Positions 48,801 through 60,800 of a stretch of DNA of 64,000 nucleotides are shown here, in pieces; position 1 is the stretch's first letter; every line of letters begins with the position of its first letter. Source of the stretch: Picochlorum sp. SENEW3 (Eukaryota); the NCBI GenBank assembly GCA_034226945.1, contig CP120457.1:310001-374000 (forward strand), given 5' to 3'. Under the pieces are notes generated by a model. That model was not told the DNA's origin, ran no database searches, and worked only from the letters and a program-made list of their open reading frames with translations. The position numbers and the translations under genes were made by a program.

Positions 48801-51800
48801 ATTTTCCTGCCTGCCTTTCTCTGTCTTGGCAACATCATTCCAGAAGCGGCTCCAGCAGACACCTTCTCTGTTGCAGATTGATGAGACAGATCAGTCCATT
48901 TTAAGGCCCTGAACTCGCAGATTCCAAATCCTGCCTGGCCATCCCTGATTTTCATGATTCCTTCGGGATATATTGCGACAGTCATATGCGGTGGGTAGGA
49001 ACCATAAACAGCACGGAGAACTGCATCTCCTAAACTGCACTCACCAACTGATCTGGACGCAAACATGCTCCTTAGACACTGTTCTGTCATGTAGGAAAGT
49101 ACCCCTAGGGAAACAATTGGCTCGCTATTTACTTTTACACCATCGTTGATGTTTGCAAGCCTGGGTTGTCGAGAATAAACTTCAAACAAGGCAGAGTTTC
49201 CCTTACTCGCTGCAGTGCAAAGTATGTTAGGAATTTCTGGGTGGACCCAGTGGCGAGACTTTTCCCAGTAACCCTGAAGAGGAACTGATGCAGGTACCAC
49301 GCCTACTGCGACACCTTTTGATATGATTGCATGTGCATTGGTGCCTTGGAAGGCAAATGAGCTCACACCCATGTGGGATACTATGTCTTCGCTAATCACA
49401 GATTTTCCATGAGGTGCCACTGACCTGGGAATAAACCAGGCATTTTGTGCAAGGACCGGTATTGTGTGTGAATTTAATGCCTTCAGATGCAAAATAGGCA
49501 GAACTGCTTCATTGGAAACAGCTGCTTGAATATGAGCCAGACCCATCATTCCAGCAGCTGGCTCTGAATGGCCAACAAGTGATTTTCCTGCCGCAAGAAC
49601 CTTGGGAGATGCAACACCTTGCAGAAGAGCACTCAAAGCACCAACCTCAATAGGATCACCTAGTCCAGTACCAGTTCCATGCATTTCAAAGGTATCAATC
49701 TCCCAGGGATGCAACACAGCATCCTTCAGAGCAGATTTAATAACCCTTGTTTGCGCAGGCCCATTTGGCGCAGTCAGAGAACTAGATCGGCCATCTTGGT
49801 TGAGTGCAGTTCCACTTAATATACTGAATACGTCTGGTACTGTTGCTGTTTCTGCTAGCAGTTGCTGGATGTAAAATGCACCCCCAGCTTCTGCTCTGAC
49901 GTATCCATCGGCTGCTGAATCAAGCGTTTTGCATCTTCCATCCTGAGATAGCATCCCTGACTTCGCGAATGCCGCTGGAGTATCGACTGAGAGCATCAGG
50001 TTGGCCCCAGCATTCAGCGCACCCTCGCACTGGCCTAATTTCAGGGAATTGCTTGCGGCATGAAGACTGACAAGGGACGATGAGCATGCTGTATCAACTG
50101 TAAGGGTTGGACCCTTCAGATCAAACGCAAAACTAACTCGACCAGATGCGACACTCAGAGTGTTACCAGTTGCAGTGTATGCCGTGATACCCTTCACATG
50201 CTTTGCCATGACCTTTGCGTAATCAGTGGAAGACAAACCAACAAACATGCCTGTCTCCCTCTCGTAGGCACCATTTTGCTGTGACTTGCAGAAAAGAATT
50301 TCAGCGATCAATTCCATTAGCATCCTCTGTTGTGGGTCCATTAATGCTGCTTCTGCATCAGAGATGCTCATGCAAAGGGGATCAAACATCTCAATGTCTC
50401 CAAGAGTGGGTGCAAACCTTACTGGTAATCCGCTGAACATGTGAGCGTGTGATTCAACATCCCATCTTGACAGAGGAATGATACCAGATGCATCTTTTGC
50501 TTCGATAAATGCCAACGCATTGCAAGGAGACCGTATATTTGCATCTCGAATCACCATGTATCCTCCAGATGTTTTGACCAATTGATCATTCCCAATGGTG
50601 ATTGAAATCTCGCTTTCAGTTTCAACTTCTTCAGAACTGACCAAGGTGCTGATAAACGCAGCAATGCTTGATGATGTTGGATAATCAAAGACCAAAGTTC
50701 CTGGAAGTTCGATACCAAATTTGCTCTCTAAGTCATTCCTGAATTCTACTGCACTAAGAGAGTCAAGCCCAGCAGACATCAATGGCTCATTTGCACTGAT
50801 TTCTCCACCCAGAATCAACGACACAGCTTCTTGTACAGTTGCAAGAACCTCTTTTTCGGCAAATTTGTCTGATGCATTCTTATGCTGCCTCGACTTCACA
50901 TTTCGCTTCTTTTCTTTCGATGCATGTGATGCTGTGGCAAAGTTTGAGAACATCAGAGGTACTTGTGAATCCTTATACTGAGTATTGACGAACACATCCC
51001 AATTGAATGGAATGCACGTGACTGTACTCGATCCTGTAAATTTATTCACCAGGCTCGACATTGCACCAATACCAGTGTTAACATCAACAAGACCTAGGCC
51101 AGTCCTTTCAACTCGTGCCTTTGTAGAGGCATCATTAGCTGCCATACCTGTCCCAGCCCATGCCCCAAACTGTATGCTGACACAAGGAAGTCCTTGCGAT
51201 ACCTGCTTTGCTGACATATCATCCAACGCACTATTTGCTGAACTGTAATTCATTTGCCCTGGCGAGCCCAGCAGAGAGGCTACTGAAGAGAATAGCACAC
51301 TTACTCCTTCTGGGTGTAAGCCAAGGTGTGACGCGAGGTGTTCCATGGCCACAACCTTGGGTGCAAACACCTTTCGGATGCCAGAAATACTCTGGTTCGC
51401 GAGTGTCGCGTCCACCAAAACTCCACTCGCATGGAAAAGGCCGGACAGAGCACGCTCTGAACACAGGCTCGCTCCATCCTCCTGCATCGATGCATCTGCA
51501 GTCACAAGCGTCACTGGATGATTGTTGCCTCCAGCAATGAGATCAGAAAGATCATTCCAAGATCTGAGGCGCCCGGTTCGCCCGGTTGCAACGACGCTTA
51601 CTTGGCCTGATTTCAAGAGCCAGCAAGCAGTCAACGACCCCAGGGTGCCCAGGCCGCCAGTCACAAGCATGGCACCGCTCTTTTCAGGGCAGGGGGGTAC
51701 CTGTGACTCGGGTCTATTCGTCACAATTTTGCCCACGTGGCGAGCCTGAGACATTTGACGCAGGGCAGCCTGCACCTCGTGCAGACGATGGGTGACTTGA

Positions 51801-54800
51801 GGCAGAGGATTCACAACGCCATCCGACAGCAGTCCTCCGAGGCGTACGAGGGCTGCCTGCACAGCCATATCTGGGAGGAAATCTACCGCCACCAGGGTGT
51901 ACCCAACGTCAGGACGCTCCTGGCACACACGGGAGCCACTCCAAATGTCACGCTTGCTGATCTCAATGAAGCGGCCTCCTGGACGAAGCACAGAAAGAGA
52001 TCCAGAAACCATCCCGCTGGACGTCAAGCTGTTCAGAACAATGTCAACGCCCCCGAGCTCTGCCACCTCAGACACAAACTGGGTGTCGCGAGAGCCAAAC
52101 GCGTGGCAAACCCCCATGCCGCGCACCAACGAGCGCTTGTTAGGACCACCAGCAGTCGCCACAACAACACCTCCAAGAGCAGCCACTTGCTGGATGGCAG
52201 CGAGGCCAACTCCTCCCGCAGCACCGTGCACCAGAGCCCGTTCACCAGGCTGGCAGCCCGCAGCCTGGCGGAAGGCCGCGTCTACAGTGATGAACACAGT
52301 TGGGCAAGTCGCAGCTGCCTCAAATGAAAGGTTGGGAGGCATCGGGGCCATGCGCGGGGCGGACACGTGGACGTGCGAACCAAGGCTTCCACCAGCCAGC
52401 CCAAACACGGCATCTCCTGGCTGAAGGGAGTCAACGCCTTGGCCACAGGAAACCACCACACCCGAGCAATCACCTCCAGGGGGGCCAGGGTCTCCAGGAT
52501 ACATCCCCAGAACGTTCAAAACATCACGGAAGTTGATGCCCACGGCGCGCACTTCAACCACCACAGTCCCCTTGGTAGCTGCAGTACTGACAGGCAGGGC
52601 TTTCAAGTTATTCAAAGCACCACGGGGAACAGGCATCAGATGGTAAGAGGGCAATGGTTGAGGAATAGATGAGGCCTGCAATACTGCTCTGAATATTGCT
52701 CCACATGAAATTCCAGATGGGAAATGTGTGGCAGAGCTCATTTCCCCTGACAGAGAAACCCTTCCATTTGAATCTTGCTCATTGTTGAAAACACATGAAA
52801 CCCGCATTTGAGATAGCTCTGCCTTAAGACTCTTCATCATGCCAAATATGCATGATTTTGACCCTTGATCTCTATTCCCTTCGATCATGCTGGTCTGCAT
52901 GAGGGGTGCATCGACATTCATCAAAATTCCAGATTTCTTAAAGGCCGGTGAGTCTTTCAACAGCCCTATAGCATTTGCAATTAAGGAGGTAGACTGACCG
53001 CACAGTGACACACTCCATGAATCGTTCGTGGTTAGACTGATATTAGATACATCATCCACCGACCAAATCTCCTCATACAGTACATCAGTTGCATGGATGG
53101 GTTCCACTCTCGACTCACGTCTCTGCAGTGAGGCTGACGATAAGCTTTCAATTTTCAGGCAACCACCTGATATTGGATTAGATAGCATGTAGTTAGCTGT
53201 GCTTTTGTTAATATATTCACTAGATGCGCTAAGGAAACGTGGGCGACCAAACTGAGCTGAATGGAGGGCGCCAAAGCCAGACGGTACTCTAAGCTCATTC
53301 AAGGTGCAAGCTGCAAGCTGAAGGCAATTATCGAGCGATGCCATGTTCACTTGCTCAGCCGGGTCGTGGTGAGCATTTTGAACAGAAGCTGTCGATTGAT
53401 TGACAAATCGAATACCAAAGTTCAGTATTGGGTGAATCTGTTTCACCTCCTTCGCGATGTCCCTTTCTGACAAGGACCCAACAATACATGAGAAATGGCA
53501 ATCGTTGGCATGTGAGAAGATACTCAGACTATCCTCTTTGACGAAACATGATAGTGTGGAACGCTGACTAGAATCCAAAGCACTCAAGGGCATCGCTGTA
53601 GGAATCGAGCCACCGAGAAGCACTGGTTGCTTTGACCCTCTCTCTGCAAGACAGGAGGCCGCTGAGATTGCCATTTGGAAATACCCAGCTCCTGGAAAGA
53701 TTGGCTTTCCATTGACCTGATGATCCCAAACATAACTGAGTCTTGGAGAAGCACTCAAATCGCATTCGAATCTTCCTTTGGAGGTCATGAAGCGCGTCAA
53801 AAGAAGCTGAGGGTCACACGTAACCCAAAACCTGGTGCGTTTACACAAACTGGAGCCCATCGTGTCATTATAAGACCCTTGCAAACTATCTTGGACCACA
53901 ATTACGTGAGCGTTTGTTCCTTGGAATGCAAATGCACTCACGCCACTCAGCTTGATTGAGTTGGGATCACTGCATGACTGTCGAGGGAGTACCCATGACT
54001 CTGATTCTCCAGCACCAAGGCTAGATACCACATGCTGATTCAAAGCTCTAAGATGCGATATTCCGAGGATCTTTTCATGCCTTAGGCCTCTTGACAGGTG
54101 AAGAAGACCAGTCATGCCCGCAGCAGGTTCTCCGTGCCCAACCCACGATTTGGAAGCAAACAAAGTGACTGGATTCTTTCTTCGTATCCCATCAACAAAA
54201 ACTGCTGATATGGCTCCAATCTCAATCGGATCTCCAAGAGGTGTACCTGTCCCATGCATTTGAATGTTTGACATTGAACTAGGCTTTTCTGATGCGCTGT
54301 GCAAAGCATTCCGGAGGACTTCCTGCTGACTGGGTCCGTTGGGGGCAGTCAGAGTGGCACTCCTTCCAGCCTGATTCACAGCTGTGCCCTTAATCAATCC
54401 AACACTTTCTTGGTGATCACTAGAAAGCAAACACGTGACTACAGCTTCACCTCTCACGTATCCGTCAGCAGATGCATCCAGAGTCTTACATCTTCCATTC
54501 AGTGTTGTCATGCCAGCTCTTTGGAACATGGCAGGTGTTTCGGGGGCAAGTGTGAGATTGACACCACTATTAAAGGCATATAGCGATTGATCGCTGATCA
54601 CACTACTGTAAGCCATATGCATGCTAACCAGTGATGATGAGCATGCAGTATCAACAGTTGCTGCCGGCCCACGCAACCTGAATGAATATGAGACCCTTCC
54701 AGATACAACACTCATAGCTGTACCTGTGGCTGAATATGCTGTAACTCCTTTCAGATGTTTTGAAGAGATCTTCGCGTAATCATTGGACGATACTCCAACA

Positions 54801-57800
54801 AAGACGCCCCAATTTGCCCTATTCTGCTCCTCAGACATCTCCAGAGACCTTTGTGTAGCTATGTCAAAGGCAGTTTCCAAGAGAAGGCGCTGCTGAGGAT
54901 CGATGAGTACAGATTCTGTTTCTGAAAGTCCAAATAGACTATTATCGAACATATCCACGTGATCAAGGAATACTCCGAACGGTACTGGCAATCCTCCACA
55001 CAGGTCCACTTGTTTTTCAAGGTCCCAGCGGCTCAAGGGGACGTGTTCCACACAGTCGGATGGCTCCTCCGTGATGAAATTCCGATGTGTTTTCGAAGAA
55101 AAGCATAAAATTTGTACATCACGTGCACCCCCTGACGGTATCAGAGCGTGTTCAACATCTGCAAGGGACAAGTCATCACCTGACTCAGAGAAATCTGATG
55201 AAATCTGTGTGCTCAAATAATTTGACAGTGCCCCTACGGTTGGATAATCGAACACAAGAGTCGATGGAAGCGATATACCGAATGACGACTCAAGAGCATT
55301 CTTCAGCTCAACAGTTCCCAGGGAGTCCAAACCAGCAGCCATCAATGGTTCCTCAGAGTCGACAGGCTTGCCCAACACTGCCTTCACTGCCTCCTGGACC
55401 TGTGGCTCAAAGTCACCGATTCTTGGTCTCGATGTGGCTTTTACAGATTTTCTCCTTCTTCTTCTATCCATCTTGGATTGGTTTTCTTCTACGGATTCGT
55501 CATCAGATGATAGTTCCTGTTGTTTTCCACCGTGCAGGGAAGCAGTTGTTTCTAGATATTTTGACAGTGCAGCTACAGTTGGATAATCGAACACAAGAGT
55601 CGATGGAAGCGATATACCGAATGACGACTCAAGGGCATTCTTCAGCTCAACAGTTCCCAGGGAGTCCAAACCGGCAGCCATCAATGGTTCCTCAGAGTCG
55701 ACTGGCTTGCCCAACACTGCCTTCACTGCCTCCTGGACCTGTGGCTCAAAGTCAACACCACTTGAATTAGTGATTGCTTTGAAGCCCTTACGGGCCTTAG
55801 GTTTTCGTTCTTTAGGCCTTTGTATCACGTCCTGAGTGGATGAAGATGGAAGGGCACCAGGGCTCCAGAATTCAGCAAAGTTGCCAAACATAGGTGGGAT
55901 TTCACGGAATTGCCTCAGGAAGTTTTCCCAGATGAATGGAACGACAGAAATGACCGATTTAGTCATAGCACCGAACATTAAGGAGCTAAAGGCCGAAATA
56001 CCTTGATTTGGCTTCACCATGCCCATGCCCAGTCTCTCAACTGCAAGGCGAGTCTTTTCGTTAGCCATACCCCCCTCTGCCCAAGCGCCCCATTGGATGC
56101 TCAACGCAGGAGACCCGTGGTTGAGCTGAAGGTCAGCGATCACATCAATGGTGGCGTTTGCTGCGCTGTAGTTTGTCTGACCAGGCGATCCAAGTAGAGA
56201 TGCCACTGAAGAAAAGAGAACAGCATTTGAAAGTGGGTAATTCCGAACACTATTCTTCCAGATCAGAGCACTGCTAGATTTTGGCCCTGATACGGTCCTT
56301 ACGCGAGAAAGATTCTGGTTAGTTGCCATTGCGTCAGACAGAACGCCTCCAGAATGAATTAATCCCTGCGAGCAGAAAAAAGTAGCTTGATTATGAACAC
56401 TTTAATATAGCAGTCAAGTAAGTAACATGACATACCATTACTGGTTTTGATGAACTGAAGAGCGAGACAATGCCTGCAACATTCTCCGAAGACGTTATAT
56501 CACATTTACAGGCGGAGACCTCCGATGTTGTTCCATTATTTGTGATACTTCTCACAGCAGCGTTGTCTCCCCTTCCAGTGCGGCTGAGGAGTACGATGTG
56601 TTCAACATTGTTGGAAGACATCCAGGTTCCCACCAAAGATCCTATCATACCCAAACCACCAGTCACAAACCAAAACCCTGATAGTCCATGCGAGTCTGAC
56701 AATCTCGCTCTTCTTGTCACAATCTTTCCAATGTGTCTGGCCTGTGACATCTGTCGCAAAGCTGCCCGTACAGAGTTCAAGCTATGATTCACAGATGGCA
56801 ACGGTTTCAGGGATCCAACTGAGAGATTACATGCCAGCCTGGTGAGATACCTGTTGACAGCCATATCTGGGAGGAAATCTACCGCCACCAGGGTGTACCC
56901 AACGTCAGGACGCTCCTGGCACACACGGGAGCCACTCCAAATGTCACGCTTGCTGATCTCAATGAAGCGGCCTCCTGGACGAAGCACAGAAAGAGATCCA
57001 GAAACCATCCCGCTGGACGTCAAGCTGTTCAGAACAATGTCAACGCCCCCGAGCTCTGCCACCTCAGACACAAACTGGGTGTCGCGAGAGCCAAACGCGT
57101 GGCAAACCCCCATGCCGCGCACCAACGAGCGCTTGTTAGGACCACCAGCAGTCGCCACAACAACACCTCCAAGAGCAGCCACTTGCTGGATGGCAGCGAG
57201 GCCAACTCCTCCCGCAGCACCGTGCACCAGAGCCCGTTCACCAGGCTGGCAGCCCGCAGCCTGGCGGAAGGCCGCGTCTACAGTGATGAACACAGTTGGG
57301 CAAGTCGCAGCTGCCTCAAATGAAAGGTTGGGAGGCATCGGGGCCATGCGTGGGGCGGACACGTGGACGTGCGAACCAAGGCTTCCACCAGCCAGCCCAA
57401 ACACGGCATCTCCTGGCTGAAGGGAGTCAACGCCTTGGCCACAGGAAACCACCACACCCGAGCAATCACCTCCAGGGGGGCCAGGGTCTCCAGGATACAT
57501 CCCCAGAACGTTCAAAACATCACGGAAGTTGATGCCCACAGACTTGACGTCAATGACAATCTCACTGTCTCGAACCGTAGAAATATCAAGCACCTCTGGC
57601 CGCAGGTTGTTCAAAGCCCCCCTTGGCTGGGGAAGTAACTGATATGCTGTCTTTGATGGCCTCACATATGATTCTACTAGGGTTTGGGAGAGGACGGTTC
57701 TGTTCTGAATGCTGATTGGGTATTGATTGTTGCCCAATTTTGAACCACTGGCCCTCAGTGTTGGATTGAAACTTTGAGATGCCTCAACAGCATATCCAAC

Positions 57801-60800
57801 AGAGGCAAAAGAAACATCTGAGAATTCTTGAGCCATTGATCGCATCATACCTTGAAGGCCTGCTTGTCTTACTACTTGATCAGTCATTCTGTGGATCTCA
57901 GTCGACATATTTGGTGTAAGCGTGGTCAGGGTGACTGCTTTGGAAGCAGAAAGTGCTACTGCTGCAGACAGTCCAGATGCTATGACAATGCTATGGTCAT
58001 TTCCACTGACTTTCAGGGAGAAGTCTTTTGATTCGAGAACTTCGTCTGGAAGGACTTGATCTGCGAGCCACGACTGTTCATACATTGCATCTGATGCACC
58101 TGATGCTGAGGTCTTCGTTGTGCCCCTCGTCTTCCCGATAGATTTGCCGACAAGGTGCTTGATTGAGCCTCTGATCTCTCCATCAAGCTGCATTAAAATG
58201 TCGACCAGTGTTCTATCAGCAGACTTATAAATCGGCGAAGCCACTGCGTGAAGGCTACGTGTAGACTTTCTCGGCAACACCATCGATTCTGAGGCTGCAG
58301 GGATGAATAGAGGATCCCCTGGCTTTCCACCAATGGCACCAAGCTGCAACGTGCAGTCCATGGATGATGGAGATATAACATAAGTAGACTCGTCATGTAC
58401 CGGATCTGCGATATCAGCAAAATAAAGTGTATCTTGTTGCTGCGGCTGCTGGTGGTGGTGGCCAGTCAAGAAAATATGCTGTGAGACTGACCTCCTGTCT
58501 GCCTCCTCTATTTTGCTGAGAGCGATGCCAACTTGTCCCAAGAAATGGGGCTTCGGCAACACATTGTTGATTGATGAACCTATTTCCAATATTCCTGAAT
58601 GTGGAGAGATTGATATGATGAGTTCACTCTGTACCTTCTCTGCTGGGTTCATTACTAAAGCACTTGGAATGGAGGAGTCCAACAGCACAATAGTTGATGA
58701 TTCACCAGTTAAAAGCCTGGCTGCTGAGTTTGACATCTCAAAATATCCAGCACCCGGGAAGATATGCCTTCCTTGAACCATGTGGTCCCACAAGTAAGAG
58801 TTCTGCGAGGCTCTCAAATCCACTGATAGGATTGTAGCCTTTCTCCTACATGTAATTCTTTGCAAAAACCTAAACACAGACGGCACAAGCCACAAGTGCT
58901 TCTTCTGTAACATTAAGTTTCGTTTGTCTCCAACTAATTTGGGCTTAGATTTACTCGCAAATCTATCAGTGGAGGAGAGAATAACATGGGCATTAGTACC
59001 TTGGAATGCAAATGCACTTGTTCCGATGACTGATAGGTTTGTTCCGGCAGACTGCCTTGGTATTGACACGGCTTGTTCTGCACTGTCAAACACTGCTGAC
59101 ACGTAAGGATTCATATGTACCAAGTGCAACATTGGAAGTGACAAATCAGCCCCAGTTGCAGTCTGTGCATGTACCAACCCTGCAAGGCCAGCAGCAGGCT
59201 CAGCATGGCCCATCCAAGACTTTGATGACATCAAGGCCAGTGGCTTCGTCCTTGCAGAACCAGACAGGCTCGTATTTGCAGCACCAATCTCGATAGGGTC
59301 TCCCAGAGCTGTGCCAGTGCCGTGCATTTGCAGTGCAGATATTTCCTCGTACGACATGCCTGCGAGTCCCATGGCAGACTGGATTACAGTGCTCTGTGCA
59401 GGCCCATTTGGTGCCGTCAAGGCACTAGATCTGCCATCTTGATTGACAAAACTTCCGCAGATGAAGCCAGAACAATCCGAAATTTTAATGTCGCCACTAT
59501 GGAGAAGGATAGACCCTATTGCCTCAGCCCTAACATACCCATCAGCTGTGGCATTCAATGTCTTGCATCGGCCATCATATGTCAGCATTCCTGCCTTTTG
59601 AAGAGTTCCTAATGTTGTTGGATGCAGGATAATATTTGCACCCGAACTGGAAGCAGTTTCGCATTGACCCATGTCCAAACAATTGTATGCCATGTGCAAT
59701 CCCACCAGTGATGATGAACATGCTGTATCAATTGTCATTGCTGGCCCCTGAAGTCCGAACGTGAAACTAAGTCTTCCTGACACGACACTGGACGATGTGC
59801 CTGTTCCTGTGTATGCTGTTATCCCTCCAAATGCCAACGACATTTTCAGGTAGTCTTGAGCAGAGCAGCCGACAAAAACACCACATTGCTTGGAGTTTGA
59901 GGGGTAGAATTGAGAAAATGTCTCTGCCACTGTTTCCATAACTAATCGCTGCTGTGGATCCATCATCATCGCTTCTTTATCTGCAAGCCAGAAAGCATCC
60001 GCATCAAAGTGACCTATGTCATCCAACAAACCTGCAAAGCACACTGCTCGATCTCCTGTGAGTTTGTCCTGACACTCTGTGTTCCACCTGCCTTCATAAA
60101 TATTGACGCTGCCGTCAACCGGGTCGAATTTTTTGTTCTGCAAAGCACCCCCTGGAAGCATGGCAGCCATTCCCACGACTGCAATGATGGAGGAGGATTT
60201 TCTCTTCTGACTGATTTCCACACTCATAATGGTTTGATCCGTGGGTTCATCTTCAATGGAAACAGATTGCACAATGTCTAACGGAGTCACCATAAGGTAT
60301 TGAACTAGTTGCTCCGGCGTCGAACACTTGTTTAGCATATCAGGTGGTAACACCACCCCCAGCCTAGCTGCCAAGGCTCTCACGAATCTCTGCTGTGCAG
60401 TCTCATCCGCCGCATCAGCGATCCGGTCAGATGGGGAAAGTTGCCTTCTCAGTACAGAAGATATTGTGGAATATACCACGTCAGATACTAAAGTATGGTC
60501 ATCAGCATCCGATCTTGGGTTCTCACTTTTATCAGGCATAGACAAGCCCACCACAAAGTTGCCAATAGATTCAGCATTGGGATAATCAAAGACAAGTGTA
60601 GATGGCAATTGTACTCCAATCTGGGTTTCTAGAGCATTTTTAAACTCCACAGAAGTCAAGGAATCCATACCGGCTGACATAAGAGGCTCATCTGGCAATA
60701 TGTCTCTTCCAAGGATCGAAGAAGCAATTGAAACAACTTGCTCAACTACTCCAGCCGAATCAACAGATTGGGACTCGGGTGGATTTTCGTCTGACTCTTC

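Larger units (their letters stand above)
51861..57539 (-). repeat. 683-bp near-identical direct repeat (51861-52543 and 56857-57539) encoding the ER cores of PKS modules 3 and 2
   Basis: Constant offset 4996. Only one (synonymous) mismatch noticed, at 52355/57351. Confidence 0.95.

Noticed and set aside
56329..56435. Two separate PKS genes, or a frameshifted pseudogene
   Set aside because: A canonical in-frame GT-AG intron restores the KR domain.
51737..57638. Repeated plus-strand ORFs (175/192 aa and others) resembling a duplicated gene or mobile element
   Set aside because: They are antisense shadows of the GC-rich duplicated ER segment, with no transposase motifs or terminal repeats.
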